This document shows, in pieces, positions 60,966 to 64,000 of a DNA stretch of 64,000 bases. Below the pieces are notes generated by a model. It saw nothing but the letters and a program-made list of their open reading frames with translations, searched no databases and had not been told where the DNA came from. How positions within the stretch are numbered: the stretch's first letter is position 1; each line of letters begins with the position of its first letter. A program made the translations under genes and the position numbers. Origin of the DNA: Paraphysomonas bandaiensis (taxonomy: Eukaryota; Protista; Chrysophyceae); the NCBI GenBank assembly GCA_965644295.1, contig CBFFRP010000190.1:6921-70920 (forward strand). The letters are read 5' to 3'.

Positions 60966-61501
60966 AACCCTAAACGAATGAACTCGTCACAAAGCACTCT
61001 ATGAGCTATTATTAATAACAACAACTTCGAAAAATGTAAAATAGCAACGAAGTCTCACTTACTCGGACAAAAAACAAATTAAAATTAAAAATAAAAGAGG
61101 AAGATGATAACTGTGAGTGTCTTGTTCAGAATGTCAACACAGCGCCGCCTTTGGTTGATGGCAACAGGCAGAGGGAAACGAGCATGTCTTAACAAGCAAA
61201 CTCGATAACAGACTCATTTGTCGAAGTGTTATGACTACATAACATCATAGATATCTATTATTCAGTTTGGGGCTATTCTAGTTTGGGCTTGGTGTGAAAC
61301 TCTACAACAAGGGGAATTTAGGTGTTTTCACAGAAACAAGTTCAGTGATTTCTGAGTGACAATAACAATATACAATACAGGGTTTAAAGTAATGCTGACT
61401 TAATTACGAGATATTTCGCCCACTTTCCATAAGTAAAAACAGTTAAATGACAACAGTGGTGATGCCACAAGTTGTCATTTCCAGTTACGGCTAATGAATT
61501 C

Positions 61502-61858
61502 TTACTTCAAATGCTTGAACACCTCCGGAGCGCGCTTGTTAAAAATAAATAAATACAGCTAATGTGTGATAGGTTTTATTGTACTCACCCACTTATCGAT
61601 GCACTTCCAGTAGTCAAAATACCAAGCTTCACAATCCTCACCTGGCTTCGAAGCAATTCTCTTAGTGCAGTTCTGCGTGTTATGAGAATTACAATAGATC
61701 AGAAACATGTAATGCGGGGTAACCTCATATAATGTCCATTCTGGTTTGCATTTAGGTTTGACAGCCTCTGTGACTGTAACCATCGGGTTCACAATTTCAT
61801 CTTCCTGTTACCAGAATTACAGCGATAAGAACAACAGAGTAATATATGCACTAACCAT
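61502..61858 (-). CDS. QCR6: Cytochrome bc1 complex subunit 6 (hinge protein), 4 exons
   Basis: EDEIVNPM...KPKC...YE/NCTKRI...DCEAWYFDYWKCIDK/APEVFKHLK; the first coding exon is the ATG only. Confidence 0.85.
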
Positions 61859-62605
61859 TTAATATATCGGGATAGAGGGCGTTCAACGGTCGCTATTTGC
61901 AGTACTGTACGATGAATCACTTAATGTGAGGTGTGATGTATGCAATGCATTGCATGGAGATGCAACGATACGTGCATGTGCATACATACATCCTCCTGTA
62001 CATGTATATACCTCACCTCATATTCAGTATTTTACAACCATGCACACCACAACCCCACCAGTATGTACAGACCGGTTTTTTTGGGTGTTGGAAATTTGTT
62101 GACTAAATACGGGCAGTTTCTGTACGTTAACGGATAGAAAACGGTAGAATGATAGGTCTTGTGCTGGATACTGCTGTATACGGTGGTATACATGATCTCT
62201 ATACAGCGAATATTCTAAAAAAAGTTTATGGTGGAAATGACTGTGTATGGTACACTGTATGTGTATACGGATATACGGCTATATGGCTATATGTGGAGTG
62301 TGTGCTTTGTCCAGATACGCCACACACGTCCAACAGCAGTAGGAATTCCTACATAGACATACATATGGACTACGTGATTATACAGATATATATGCACTGT
62401 GCTGTGCTGTATTTACACGCCTGTGTTGGTGGATCCATATATAAGTCTATGAACCTGCTCTATTCCCAGTCCTCGACACTAAGCAGACCTTCTACTGATG
62501 CAGGGACATCCCCAATATATTATATCTAATCACAGCTAGTTCGCCACTATATACGGTGTATAGATCGTGCATTCAGAGGCCTCATAACTGCCTGCACACA
62601 CACAC

Positions 62606-64000
62606 ATGATGCGAACTCTGATAGCTTTTATTACCGCTGCTTTGTGCCTATTGCAACCAGTGGCCGGAGAAATAACATATAATGAAAAACATGATCCTGA
62701 GATTCTTATTATATTCATGTTTTTTGGGCTGATTCTGGGCGCACTGACCACTTATGTGTTGTCGCGGTATGGTCATGGTTTACCCTACACTGTTATCATG
62801 TTCTTAATTGGGGGCGTACTCGCTGCTATCGTCGATAACTGTGATGCTGGCCATCTTGGAGAATCCATCAATTCCTGGAAGAAATTAGACCCTGGTAATA
62901 TGCTTTTGCAGTATATAATCTTTTGTATGACTTTGATATCTCGCTAGAAATGATGCTGTTTCTATTTTTACCGGTCTTGATATTCGGTGAAGCCATGACT
63001 TTAAAGTGGCACCACGTTAAAGGTGGACTTCCACAAGCTTTGTTGTTAGCTGGACCTGGTGTTATAATTGGTGCATTTATCATGGGGACATTTGTATTCG
63101 TTTTACCACTTGATTGGAGTTGGAACTTGTCAATGGTCTTTGGTTCTATTCTAGCTGCAACGGATCCTGTTGCTGTAGTGGCTCTCCTGAAGAGCGCAGG
63201 GGCATCCCCTAAATTAACAATTTTGATCATCGGTGAGTCGTTGCTGAACGACGGCACAGCTATGGTTCTCTTTTCTCTCTTTTTTGATATGTGTAAAGGA
63301 GAAGAGTACGGTGCTGGTGGTATAGTGCTATACTTCTTGAAAATGGCCGTGGGATCACCTCTATTTGGAGCCACTATAGGGCTGGCATCAGTGTATTGTA
63401 TGAGCAAGGCTAACAAACCCCTCAGCGGTGATGACGTTACTGTTCAAATTGCCATCACGATATGCTGTGCTTATATGACCTTCTTCATGGCCGAGTACGA
63501 ATGCCGAATGAGTGGTCTTCTGGCATGCTGTGGTGCAGGGGCTGTATTCTCTTGGTTAGCTCCCCCTCTGATATTGGAGCATGAAACTATGCATCATGTG
63601 TGGAGTATTATAGAGTGGGCTGGTAACACTCTTATTTTTCTGTTGGCTGGTCTTATCATTGGGAGTGAGACGATCAAAGAAGTCACTGCATCTGATTGGG
63701 GTTATTTGATACTGCTTTACCTGTTCTTGTCTGTGCTGAGATGCTTCATTATTGCGATACTTTTTCCTGTTCTATCGAATGTTGGACTCAAATGTAGTCG
63801 CGAAGATGCGTGCTTCATGGCGTGGGCTGGATTACGTGGTGCATTGGGAATGGCTCTTGCACTCATTGTACAAGGCGACCGTTCTGAATCTGACCTCAGT
63901 AAGAAAGACACAGACCGCGTATTTTTTTTCGTGGGTGGTATTGCAGCTTTGACTTTAATCGTCAATGCCACCACATCGCGTAGAGTTTTGAACAGTCTAG
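62606..64000 (+). CDS. Na+/H+ antiporter, CPA1 family (SOS1/SLC9C-like), truncated by window end
   Basis: LPYTV, FLPVLIFGEA, GSILAATDPVAVVALL, IGESLLNDGTA, WAGLRGALG; intron at about 62895-62947. Confidence 0.92.

Noticed and set aside
1-64000. tRNA/rRNA genes
   Set aside because: None recognised by eye; the PBS sequences only complement a tRNA 3' end. tRNAscan/Rfam were not run.

Overview
Eukaryotic nuclear DNA with short (about 45-60 nt) GT-AG introns; the gene set and style suggest a stramenopile/ochrophyte-like protist (inference only). The window holds three Ty1/Copia LTR retrotransposons, all on the minus strand: A at 1-4115 (runs off the window), B at 12342-17804 and C at 55512-60965. 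B and C have identical-looking LTR pairs and 5-bp TSDs. There are also several solo or nested LTRs, hAT MITE and transposase remnants, a second degenerate DDE transposase, a roughly 445-bp (TATG)n tract and about 17 host genes. Recognisable genes include a GDP-fucose transporter, GH27 alpha-galactosidase, DUS, an MFS transporter, an ELMO-domain protein, an Asp/Glu racemase, TRAPPC5, two sulfotransferase-like proteins, a TKL kinase, QCR6 and a Na+/H+ antiporter. Four observations stand out. (1) Three independent Copia insertions sit in, or at the edge of, the three copies of one dispersed repeat ('repeat X'), all in the same orientation, and all three Copia polyproteins carry an extra conserved ~55-aa domain after integrase, a candidate targeting system. 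(2) A 1000-aa single-ORF protein combines an HNH-like segment with ten tandem [DGTPDMR basic motif + ubiquitin-binding-like helix] units. (3) A spliced gene fuses a 2OG-Fe(II) oxygenase-like domain to a Ctr copper transporter. (4) Some LTRs have non-canonical termini. All comparisons were made by eye and no database searches were run.
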